DNA of 64,000 nucleotides, taken from the NCBI GenBank assembly GCA_963843795.1, contig CAWJLW010000006.1:3360375-3424374 (forward strand), read 5' to 3'. The notes under the pieces were generated by a model. That model was not told where the DNA came from. It ran no database searches and saw nothing but the letters and a program-made list of their open reading frames with translations. Origin of the DNA: an uncultured bacterium. Its GTDB lineage: Bacteria > Armatimonadota > Abditibacteriia > Abditibacteriales > Abditibacteriaceae. Positions 48,015-56,525 of this stretch are shown piece after piece. Position 1 is the stretch's first letter; every line of letters begins with the position of its first letter. The position numbers and the translations under genes are program-made.

Positions 48015-49616
48015 TTAAACTTTGAATTCGTCTTCGGTGAAGAACAGCGTTTTTTGCGCGGCCACGGCGTCGTTGGCTTTCAATACCGCGACGCAGGTTT
48101 CAAAGCCAACTTCGGGCGGGCAGCTCAACTTGGTGCCATCGCGCACGGCAGAAAAGAAGTTTTCCAAGTGCAATTGATGCGGTGCTTTTTCGGTCATCGC
48201 TTCTAAACGCTCTTCTTTGGGCCGGCCGCTGGCTTTCAGGGTTTCGCCGACTTTGAGCGCCATCGCTTCAACGCCCATGCCTTTCACTTTTTCCGCGTCA
48301 TCTTCCCATTTCTTGGGTGGCGCGCCCGGATTGCGCACGATGAAACCTTTTTTGGTGTCTTCCGACACTTCCAAAACGCCCTGATCGCCCATGAAGACTT
48401 CGTAGTAACCGCCCCAACCGGTCGTGTTGAGTACTTGATACATCGAGCGCACCGGCCCGGCCCCAGCATCGTACTGGTAAATTGCCATCACGTAATCGTA
48501 CCAGTCGCCGTTTTTGTAGTACGAGTTGTCGCCCGCTGCCATCACCGAAACCGGATTGCTTTGCATGAACCACGAGAAAATATCGATCTGGTGCGAACCT
48601 AAATCGGCAATCGCGCCACCCGAATACTGATGATACCAGCGCCAGTTGCGGAATCGCTCCATGGTTTCATAACCATATTTATCCAGCACATCTTGCGGCA
48701 CTTCCAAGCCTTTGGGCCAGCCCAGTTCCAAACGAGCTTGGCGGTTCCACTGACCGTAAGTATGCGTCGGGCGACCAATGATTTTTTCGGGGCCGTTAAT
48801 CAATTCATAGGAATGCCAGTAGCGCGGATTGGAGCGGCGCTGATGGCCGATTTGCAGCAGCTTGCCGGTTTCTCGCGCCGCCAGAACCATCTTGCGAGCA
48901 CCTTCGACCGTGTTCGACATTTCCTTTTCGCAGTAAACGTGCTTGCCCGCTTTCAGACAATCGATGGTAATCGGCGAATGGTAAAAATCGGGCGTGGCGA
49001 TAATCACCGCTTCGATGGAAGGTTCTTTTTCCAGCATATCGTGATAATCGACATACGCTTTGACATCTTGACCGTATTTCTTCAAGATGTTGGTCGCGTA
49101 GCGCTGCGAATATTCCCAGATGTCGCAAACCGCGACATATTTCACGCCGGGAATTTTCAAACTATTGAGCAACAGGTTGCGGCCCTGACTGCCTGCGCCG
49201 ATAATCGCGACTTTAACTTCTTCGACTTTGGGCGTGGCTTTGTCTTTAGCGATTTCGGCTTGAGGCTTGGTCGCGTCCTTGACTTCTTTGGTTACCGCAG
49301 TGTTCTTTTTCGGCACGCTGGTGTTGGCGTCTTTTTTGGCCGCGTTGGTTTTGCCAAGTGGTGAATTTTTGGTCGCCGCTGACGGTGATGCGGTTTTGGG
49401 CGCGGGCTTCGCCACCGGTTTCGACGGAGCTGCCAGCGCACTGGCGCTCAAGCGCGGCAAAACCAGACCGGCAGCGCCAGCCAAACCCATCGCGCGCAAA
49501 AATTCGCGGCGGCGCGGCGTTAAAATTAGTCCGGCTTCTTCAGTCATTTTTTCTTCAGCAGCCACGTCGTCGTGCTGCAAATTTTCTTCCTGCTCTTGGT
49601 TCTTCAATTCGTCCAT
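48015..49616 (-). CDS. Gfo/Idh/MocA oxidoreductase with Tat motif and K/A/P-rich linker
   Basis: RRREFLR after an acidic extension, GAGSQG, TPDFYH, YCEKE, GHQRRS, DLGSHQID. Confidence 0.9.
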   Translation of the reverse strand: MDELKNQEQEENLQHDDVAAEEKMTEEAGLILTPRRREFLRAMGLAGAAGLVLPRLSASALAAPSKPVAKPAPKTASPSAATKNSPLGKTNAAKKDANTSVPKKNTAVTKEVKDATKPQAEIAKDKATPKVEEVKVAIIGAGSQGRNLLLNSLKIPGVKYVAVCDIWEYSQRYATNILKKYGQDVKAYVDYHDMLEKEPSIEAVIIATPDFYHSPITIDCLKAGKHVYCEKEMSNTVEGARKMVLAARETGKLLQIGHQRRSNPRYWHSYELINGPEKIIGRPTHTYGQWNRQARLELGWPKGLEVPQDVLDKYGYETMERFRNWRWYHQYSGGAIADLGSHQIDIFSWFMQSNPVSVMAAGDNSYYKNGDWYDYVMAIYQYDAGAGPVRSMYQVLNTTGWGGYYEVFMGDQGVLEVSEDTKKGFIVRNPGAPPKKWEDDAEKVKGMGVEAMALKVGETLKASGRPKEERLEAMTEKAPHQLHLENFFSAVRDGTKLSCPPEVGFETCVAVLKANDAVAAQKTLFFTEDEFKV

Positions 49617-49701
49617 AATCTTTTCGTCCTTTCACCCTGCAAGTACTTGCAGGACGTTTTCGTTGAATGTTCGTGCAAATCGGCAAGAAACTTGTGCCAA
49701 T

Positions 49702-52215
49702 TTATTTCAATTCGCGCACTTTGATATTGCGGTACCACACGTCGCCACCGGGATGCTCCTGCAATTCGATGTGGCCCAAGCGCGGCATATTCGCGTAAGC
49801 CGTTCCGAATTTATTCTTCGAGCCATCGGGATTTTTGCCGGCTTCTTTCCACTGGCTCAAATCCTGATCCAAAACCAGTTCGCCGTTCATTACGACTTTG
49901 ATGTTCTGACCCTTAGCAGTAATTTGCGTGTGATTCCATTCGCCCGGCGCTTTAACGGCGATTTTCATCGGCGGCGCCACGTCGTAATTGCCACCGGCAT
50001 CTTCGCGTGTCGGCGGATTGTTGCCAAAGGAGTCTTTGATCTGAATTTCCATACCCGCATACCAATCTCCCGGCTTCGGGTTACGAATAAACACACCAGA
50101 ATTGGCGCCTTTATTCACTTTCCAATCGAAATCCATTACGAAGTCGCCGTATTGGTCATTTGTCCAGATGTCGCCGGTGCCTTGCGCGAAGTGCATCGCG
50201 CCATCTTCGATTTTCGGTCCATCGGCAGCTTTACCCCATCCGTCTAAATTCTGACCGTTGAAAAGGATTTTCTGTCCTGCGTTCGGGTCGGGATTGGCGA
50301 CCGGCGTGTAAGGCATATCGGTCAGTTCCTGCACCCACATATTGCGGAAACGCACCGGCCAGTGATGGTCTTGCAAGCGCAAAGGCGCTTTGGCAACGGG
50401 CGACATCGAAGCCGCGCCACCGGTCGGCGATTTCAATTCCACGTTGTCTTGAATCGTCGTGCCGTTAAACACAACAGTAACAGTTGCGGGTTTGGCTTGC
50501 GTGCCATCGGTGTACAAACGCGGCGCACGGAAAGTAATATCGTAGGTCTGCCAAGTGCCCGGCGGCAAGCCAGCGTTCACGCTGGGTTTGGAAACTTTGT
50601 ACAAACCGCCAGCATCGTTGTCCTGCGAATCCAAGCCGAATGAATCCAGGACTTGCACTTCGTAGCGATCTTGCAGATAAACGCCGGAATTGCCGCGCTC
50701 TTGGCCACGCTTGTCGGGCAAGAGTGGTGTGAGCCATTCGACGTGCAATTTGATATCGCCAAACTCTTGTTTGGTGCGATTGTCGCCTTGACCGGCTTGC
50801 ATCGAGCCATCGTCACGCACCGTCCAGTTCGGATTCGTCCACGCCGAAACATCAGTAGTCTTCGCGCCCGCACTATACGGCAGCAAAATCGTCGCGCCAG
50901 CGGGCGCTTTCGCACCCAAAGTCGGCGAAACGCGCGTAATTTTATTCAGAGTTTTTGGCTTTTCCTGACCGCGACCGAGCACGACACCGGTACCGTTCCA
51001 ACGTGCCGTGACGTCTTGAGCGCCGTCTTTGCCGCTAAAAGCAATGGCACCATTTTCCAGTTTGCCATCTAGTTCGATGCGCTTTTTCGGATCGTTGTCC
51101 AAACCGATAACTGCAGCGCGATACGTATTACCGCCTTGGGGATAAACGCGTACCAAGGGCAACACGCGCATCGCATCGGCCATAGTTTTGGCGTTGCGCG
51201 CCAGGGAGTATTCGCCCATCGCAGGGTCGCTGTAATTCATTGCGGGCTGAGGCATCTTCGCCATCAGTTGCGCGTTGGCCAAAGTAACCGGCGTGGCGTC
51301 GGCTTTGAGATCGCCGAGGGCGTACTGAATGCCAGCCAGATAAACCCCAAGCACGCGAGAATCGGAGTATTTGTCTTCGCGATGGCCCAGTGAACAATAG
51401 AAAACGCGACCTTTGCCCTGCTCACGGATCCACGTCACCGGATAATCATTGTCTTCGCGCTTCATACCGCCAACTTTGGCGGTTTTGTCCATATTCAACC
51501 CCATCAAAACGCGCTGTCGGTCGCGCGAATACGGGGCTTTAAACTGATAAATTTCTTCTTTGAAATCCATCTCTTGCCCATTTAACGCTTTGGTAATCGG
51601 GCTGGTTGGGTCTTCAACGCGCACCGTGACATCGGTGCCCGCGCCCCAGGGATGGCCATCGAAGTAACCGCCGATCATATTGCCGTAATCGGCCCAGCCA
51701 TATAGCGTATCCGTTGCGGCATGAATGCCAACGAAACCCTTGCCACCATTGACGAAATTCAGCAGGTTCGCCTTGTATTTCATCTCATTTGCACGCGCGA
51801 CTTCTTTGTCGGCGTCGCTGAGCTTGTCGAAATCAGCGGGCAGAAACACTTCGCCAGTCGTATTGAGAAAAATGACGGCATCGTAGCCACTGAGATCGGC
51901 GAAGGTTTTGGGATCATCCGTCGAAGTCGCCGTCCAAGCGCCGGTTTTTTCGCCCAAAATTTTCATGGCGGCGCTACCAGTTTCAATCGACGAATGGCGA
52001 AAGCCCGCAGCGCGCGTAAACACCAAAACTTTGCGCGCCTTCTGGGGTTGGGCCACCGGCTTGGTGGGTGAAGCCGCGCTGATGGCGGTCAAAGCTTTGT
52101 CGTCGGGCATTTCGGCGCGCGCGCAGGCGCTCATCAAAACACAACACGCACCGGCGAAAACCGGCGTCCAGACTGTGATGCGGCGATTGCGCGCCATTTT
52201 TCCTGTCATTTGCAT
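49702..52215 (-). CDS. Secreted ThuA-like domain fused to two DUF1080 domains
   Basis: VLVFTRAAGFRHSSI, GFVGIHAATD, GRVFYCSLGH (ThuA-like); two NSGV...EVQ/EIQ...LQDH/LQEH...FRN/YRN units. Start uncertain. Confidence 0.85.
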   Translation of the reverse strand: MQMTGKMARNRRITVWTPVFAGACCVLMSACARAEMPDDKALTAISAASPTKPVAQPQKARKVLVFTRAAGFRHSSIETGSAAMKILGEKTGAWTATSTDDPKTFADLSGYDAVIFLNTTGEVFLPADFDKLSDADKEVARANEMKYKANLLNFVNGGKGFVGIHAATDTLYGWADYGNMIGGYFDGHPWGAGTDVTVRVEDPTSPITKALNGQEMDFKEEIYQFKAPYSRDRQRVLMGLNMDKTAKVGGMKREDNDYPVTWIREQGKGRVFYCSLGHREDKYSDSRVLGVYLAGIQYALGDLKADATPVTLANAQLMAKMPQPAMNYSDPAMGEYSLARNAKTMADAMRVLPLVRVYPQGGNTYRAAVIGLDNDPKKRIELDGKLENGAIAFSGKDGAQDVTARWNGTGVVLGRGQEKPKTLNKITRVSPTLGAKAPAGATILLPYSAGAKTTDVSAWTNPNWTVRDDGSMQAGQGDNRTKQEFGDIKLHVEWLTPLLPDKRGQERGNSGVYLQDRYEVQVLDSFGLDSQDNDAGGLYKVSKPSVNAGLPPGTWQTYDITFRAPRLYTDGTQAKPATVTVVFNGTTIQDNVELKSPTGGAASMSPVAKAPLRLQDHHWPVRFRNMWVQELTDMPYTPVANPDPNAGQKILFNGQNLDGWGKAADGPKIEDGAMHFAQGTGDIWTNDQYGDFVMDFDWKVNKGANSGVFIRNPKPGDWYAGMEIQIKDSFGNNPPTREDAGGNYDVAPPMKIAVKAPGEWNHTQITAKGQNIKVVMNGELVLDQDLSQWKEAGKNPDGSKNKFGTAYANMPRLGHIELQEHPGGDVWYRNIKVRELK

Positions 52216-52231
52216 TCTCAAATACTCCCAC

Positions 52232-53296
52232 TCAACTTCGTTCTGTCTTTAGATTTGTTTTCGTCTGATTTTTTAACTCCGCCACGTCCCAAATGTCTCG
52301 ACCGTAACAATGCCAACGGTTTTTTGCATCCAGCACGAGAGCCCCAATCGCCGGTTGCTGCCGACAAAAAGCCTTGATTTCGCTTGCGTCCATCACCATA
52401 AATGCTGTTGAACACGCGTCTGAAAGCGCCGCCGAAGGCGCAACAGCCCACGTCGCCCGCCACTGTTGAGCGCTCCGGCCACTTCTTGGGTCTATGATGT
52501 GATACCCATGCAGCGCCTGCGCCGAACCCGACAACGCCATATTTTCGACTTTCGCTCGCCCCACCGCAAAACTTTCGTTTTCGCTTGATTCGGGCGAACG
52601 CAACTCCAGCATCCACCCTTTTTCAGCCCCCGAAGTACTTGAGGCAGCGGTTGCGGGCGCATCGCCGAGCGTGAGAACCGTGCTTTGACCGGCATAAAGC
52701 AAAGCATTTTCGATACTCCAGTCGCGCAGAAGTTGCGCGACTAAATCTAAAGCGAAACCTTTGCCGATGGCACCCAAATCTAATTGCGCGTCGGGATGGC
52801 GCAATCGCGCGCGCAACGGCTCTTCGGCCAACTGCAAGTACTTGCTGCCGCTTCCACCCCAATTATCGATCATTTCCGCACGCGCGATGCGATCATCTTC
52901 CTGACGACGCGCTTCGAGCGTCGCGCCCAACGTCAAATCAAAAGCGCCGCCACTCAACTCATTGACGGCCAGGCCCAGCAGCAAACATTCCCACGCATCA
53001 CTGCCGATTTCCAGCCAACTTTCATCCTTTTGCCGCGCGCGCTCGTTCAAACGCGCGATGTCAGAAGTCGGCAAAAAGCGCGACAATTCGCCTTCGATGC
53101 GATCCACTTCGTCCCACACGTCCTGCGCCAAACGCGACGCGTAATCGAATTCAGTGGTTTCTGGAATCCACAAACCCCAAGCGCACGCCATCGCCCAATG
53201 CGGAAAACGATGCGTTCCCTCAACCGTAACCGGTTGCGGGCGCGTGCCAAGTTCGGTTGGCGGCGAAAACGAAACGCCGGGTATTACATTCATCAT
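52232..53296 (-). CDS. apbE: FAD:protein FMN transferase, second copy, no evident signal peptide
   Basis: AMAC, LSRF..SDIARLN, GAFDLT, DLGAIGKGF, HIIDPRSG, DACSTA. Confidence 0.85.
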   Translation of the reverse strand: MMNVIPGVSFSPPTELGTRPQPVTVEGTHRFPHWAMACAWGLWIPETTEFDYASRLAQDVWDEVDRIEGELSRFLPTSDIARLNERARQKDESWLEIGSDAWECLLLGLAVNELSGGAFDLTLGATLEARRQEDDRIARAEMIDNWGGSGSKYLQLAEEPLRARLRHPDAQLDLGAIGKGFALDLVAQLLRDWSIENALLYAGQSTVLTLGDAPATAASSTSGAEKGWMLELRSPESSENESFAVGRAKVENMALSGSAQALHGYHIIDPRSGRSAQQWRATWAVAPSAALSDACSTAFMVMDASEIKAFCRQQPAIGALVLDAKNRWHCYGRDIWDVAELKNQTKTNLKTERS

Positions 53297-53311
53297 ATAA
53301 GTATTGAAATT

Positions 53312-54964
53312 TTAACGCGTGGCCAAATACTTTTCCCATAGCGCTTTTTTCACATACAAACCAAATAAAACTTTGGGGCGCAAACCGTAAAATTCGCTGT
53401 GATAATTGGCCTCGAAATTGGGCCCCAACCGTTTTTGCACCGCTTCGCTTTGGCTTTGCGCGACCAGCAAAATTTCCGGTTTGGCGCCGCCCAAGTCGGG
53501 CAATTGCTCGAAATAACCAACCTGATTTTGCGCGCGTAAATTCCACGGCAAAGGCCAATAATCGCCACCAGGCGCGACCACCAGAATCGGTGTGTTATTT
53601 TTTTGTGGGGTAAATGCTGTCAGTTCATTGATGCGTTTTTCGATGCGCCCGACATCGCGCGTGGGATGCGCGTAAACCCACGGATTGCGCCCATCAGCGA
53701 AAAATCGTGTGTTCGACATCTGAACTTGCCCATATAAATGCCAGCAGCCAAAGCCCAAAATCGCCAAAATCGGCAATTGAAGGACGCGACCGACAGCGGG
53801 AAAGCGGGCAAGTACTTGCAGCGGCCAATGTAGCAACTGCGCCGCACCAAAGCCTGAAACCATCAACGCGCCCTGCCAAAAGCCCAGCGCGCACCACGGA
53901 GTTTTGTAAGGAATCGCGCTGTAAATTGCGAACATCAAAAGCGCATAAAGCGCGAAAAAGCGCGAAAGCGGCGCACTTTTATCGCGTTTGAACAAGGACC
54001 ACACCACCGATAGCAAGCCGATAACAAACAAACCCGCGGCGAAAATCTCTGTCCAGCGCGGCCCGGCTTTGGGTTGGTACCACAACAGCCATTCCAGGTA
54101 TTGAAACCAGGGATGACGGTGCAAATCGCCCTGCACTTCTCCTGTTGTCGCGCCCAATCCGGCACGCGTGAAATAAGTGCCAAACGCCAGCAACGCATCC
54201 AACGCGCCCTGCGGACGACGCCCAAAATTAGAAAACAGCAATGCCGCGACAAAAAGCGCGATAACTGTCGGCCACAACCATTCGCGCACGGACGGGCGCA
54301 TGCTTTTTTCTCGGGAGCCTAAAACAGCACTCACACGCGATTCTGCACGGTTATCGGCGCGCAATGTCAGCAGCCAGGAAAAAGCGACGCACACCAGAGC
54401 GATAATCGCGGTTTCTTTACTTGCCAGCATCAAGCCTGCGAACACACCCGCGCCGATGCGCCAGCCAGTCTTCGCGCGCGGGTTCAGATTTTCGCGCGCG
54501 CGCCATAAACACGCGATAAAAGCGAGCGTAAAACAAACAAGCAAGGTTTCCTGAATGAAGTAGCGCGCGTAGAAAACGAAAAGCGGCGAAAGTGCAGTAA
54601 GTAGCGCGGCCCAGAAAACGGCCCAGCGGCGCGCGCCAAAACCGTCGTGAAGCAGCCACAAAAGCGAAATTATCAGAGTGCCAAAAATTACTGGCACGAT
54701 GCGCAGAGTGGCCGAAGTCAAAGTTTTAAAATCGGGCACATTCGCAAATTGCACGACAGGAACCGCAAAGTCATACAGCGTTGGGCCGTGATATTCGTTG
54801 GGATCGTAAGCGTATTGGCCTTGTGTCCACAGGTCGCGGAATTTGATGGCATGAACGGCTTCATCACCGTGCATCGGTCGCAGTTCCAGTTGTGGAGCGC
54901 GCAGGGCGAACGCGCCTAAAACGACCAAAAGTAAGGCAAAGAAAAGTAGGGGCGCAGAGCGCAT
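53312..54964 (-). CDS. GT-C / PMT-like polytopic membrane protein (TIGR03663/Agl23-like)
   Basis: RPMHGDEAVH, YDPNEYHGP, SKET, IYSAIPYKTPW, NPWVYAH, YWPLPW; many TM helices. Confidence 0.72.
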   Translation of the reverse strand: MRSAPLLFFALLLVVLGAFALRAPQLELRPMHGDEAVHAIKFRDLWTQGQYAYDPNEYHGPTLYDFAVPVVQFANVPDFKTLTSATLRIVPVIFGTLIISLLWLLHDGFGARRWAVFWAALLTALSPLFVFYARYFIQETLLVCFTLAFIACLWRARENLNPRAKTGWRIGAGVFAGLMLASKETAIIALVCVAFSWLLTLRADNRAESRVSAVLGSREKSMRPSVREWLWPTVIALFVAALLFSNFGRRPQGALDALLAFGTYFTRAGLGATTGEVQGDLHRHPWFQYLEWLLWYQPKAGPRWTEIFAAGLFVIGLLSVVWSLFKRDKSAPLSRFFALYALLMFAIYSAIPYKTPWCALGFWQGALMVSGFGAAQLLHWPLQVLARFPAVGRVLQLPILAILGFGCWHLYGQVQMSNTRFFADGRNPWVYAHPTRDVGRIEKRINELTAFTPQKNNTPILVVAPGGDYWPLPWNLRAQNQVGYFEQLPDLGGAKPEILLVAQSQSEAVQKRLGPNFEANYHSEFYGLRPKVLFGLYVKKALWEKYLATR

Positions 54965-55098
54965 AAAAGAAAAAAGATTAAATACGACAATTTTAAATAC
55001 GACAAAATGCCCTGCAAGTACTTGCAGGGCTGTTTGAGCCGTCAAAACGCAAACGGCACGGTTGCGCGAAATGCGCAACCGTGCCGGAAGAAAGAAAC

Positions 55099-55827
55099 TT
55101 ATTTGCCGTAGACTTCGATTTCGGTGTAGCGATTCTCGTCGCCACCAGTCGAGCCATTCGAGTAGAAGCGCACATAGCGACCTTTAACAGCTTTGACCGG
55201 CATCAGTCTACCTTCGGCGAGTTCAAAGTATTCGCGGTCGGTGCCTTTGCCCAATCCCGAACTGTTGTCCTGATCGTTGTTGAACACGGTTTTCACGCCT
55301 TCAACGAAATCTTTGTCGTCGGAAATCTGCACCACGACATCGCGGTAAACGTTGGCCACGGTGTGATCGTGCCACGAAACAATCGCGTAAATTGTGGCCG
55401 ACTTGCCCAGATCAATTTGCACCCACTGCTTGCCAAAACCGTATTCGATGAATTTACCATCGGCGGCTTCTTTATCGCCATCGGTAATTAGCGCATCTTC
55501 GCCAATAATGGGCGCGGTGTCGCTGGCCGTGACCGGTTTGCCCAAGGCCAGGTTCGACGTGCCCTTGGGCACATAAAAAGTCGGGCGCGCTTTCCCAGTC
55601 GGTTTTTCAACGCTTGTGCCCGGCGGAATGTTTTTCGGTGTGCCGATAAAAGTCGGCGCCGGCAATTTCAATTTCAACGGCACCATATCGCCAGCAGGTT
55701 TGGTGGCAGGCTTTGCGGCAGGCTTGGCTGGGGCTTTCTTCGCGGGCGCGGCGTACGAAGAAACGCTCCATAATGGAGCAATCGCCAAAGCCGACAAGGT
55801 CAAAATTTTTAAAGATGTTTTTTTCAT
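55099..55827 (-). CDS. Secreted discoidin / F5/8 type C domain protein
   Basis: Signal peptide, NLALGKPVTAS, ITDGD, QWVQIDLG, RYVRFYS, EIEVYG. Confidence 0.85.
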   Translation of the reverse strand: MKKTSLKILTLSALAIAPLWSVSSYAAPAKKAPAKPAAKPATKPAGDMVPLKLKLPAPTFIGTPKNIPPGTSVEKPTGKARPTFYVPKGTSNLALGKPVTASDTAPIIGEDALITDGDKEAADGKFIEYGFGKQWVQIDLGKSATIYAIVSWHDHTVANVYRDVVVQISDDKDFVEGVKTVFNNDQDNSSGLGKGTDREYFELAEGRLMPVKAVKGRYVRFYSNGSTGGDENRYTEIEVYGK

Positions 55828-55977
55828 TTTTTCTCCAATGTAAACGCGGGCTATAATATTTAAACGCTGCTTTTGCCCTTCAGGTTCAAGTTACCTTTGA
55901 GTTAAAGTTATCTTGACATCAGCACTCGACTAAGATGAACGTATAAACCTAAGCTCATAATTGCACAAACCAATGAC

Positions 55978-56039
55978 AAAGCCCGCCGCAGTGAGTTGCA
56001 TCTGCAAATTTGCAGGTGCAAGTACGTGCGGCGGGCTTT
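55978..56039 (-). terminator. Long nested hairpin downstream of tRNA-Pro
   Basis: Outer stem AAAGCCCGCCGCA...TGCGGCGGGCTTT encloses TTGCATCTGCAAA|TTTGCAGGTGCAA. Confidence 0.6.
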
Positions 56040-56058
56040 ATAGTCACACACCGATTAA

Positions 56059-56133
<75 letters not shown>

Positions 56134-56163
56134 ATCTTTAACTTTACAAACAAAGCACACGAT

Positions 56164-56192
56164 ATTATAACGCCAGGTTTCGCGTGCCGCAA
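56164..56192 (-). promoter_or_regulatory. Sigma70-type promoter of tRNA-Pro
   Basis: Minus strand TTGCGG-N17-TATAAT, about 30 nt upstream of the tRNA. Confidence 0.65.
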
Positions 56193-56406
56193 GGTTTCGC
56201 GTGCGCAAGTACTTGCCACACGCTGCGAAGCCCGAATTCTCCGCGAGGAGCATAATTAGCGCGGCCAATCTATACTGACTGGCCAAATACCCAGACCAGA
56301 ACTCGCGCATAACCTGCGTCTTAAAATTCGCCAACCACTTTCTGTTTTCATCTTGAGCAGTTCATTAAAGCCCGTTGCAAGCTCGTTTTGGGAATTTTTC
56401 AGCGAG

Positions 56407-56438
56407 TTATCCACAGGCATGGAAAAGTTTGTGGATAA
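56407..56438. promoter_or_regulatory. Two inverted consensus DnaA boxes upstream of dnaA
   Basis: TTATCCACA at 56407-56415 and TGTGGATAA at 56430-56438. Confidence 0.88.
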
Positions 56439-56525
56439 CTTATTGGTGAATGGGGCATAATTAAAGACGAAGTTTCTATCGTGCGCGCTCATCGTTTCCT
56501 GACGCGTCTTCTTTTTGTTTTCGCC

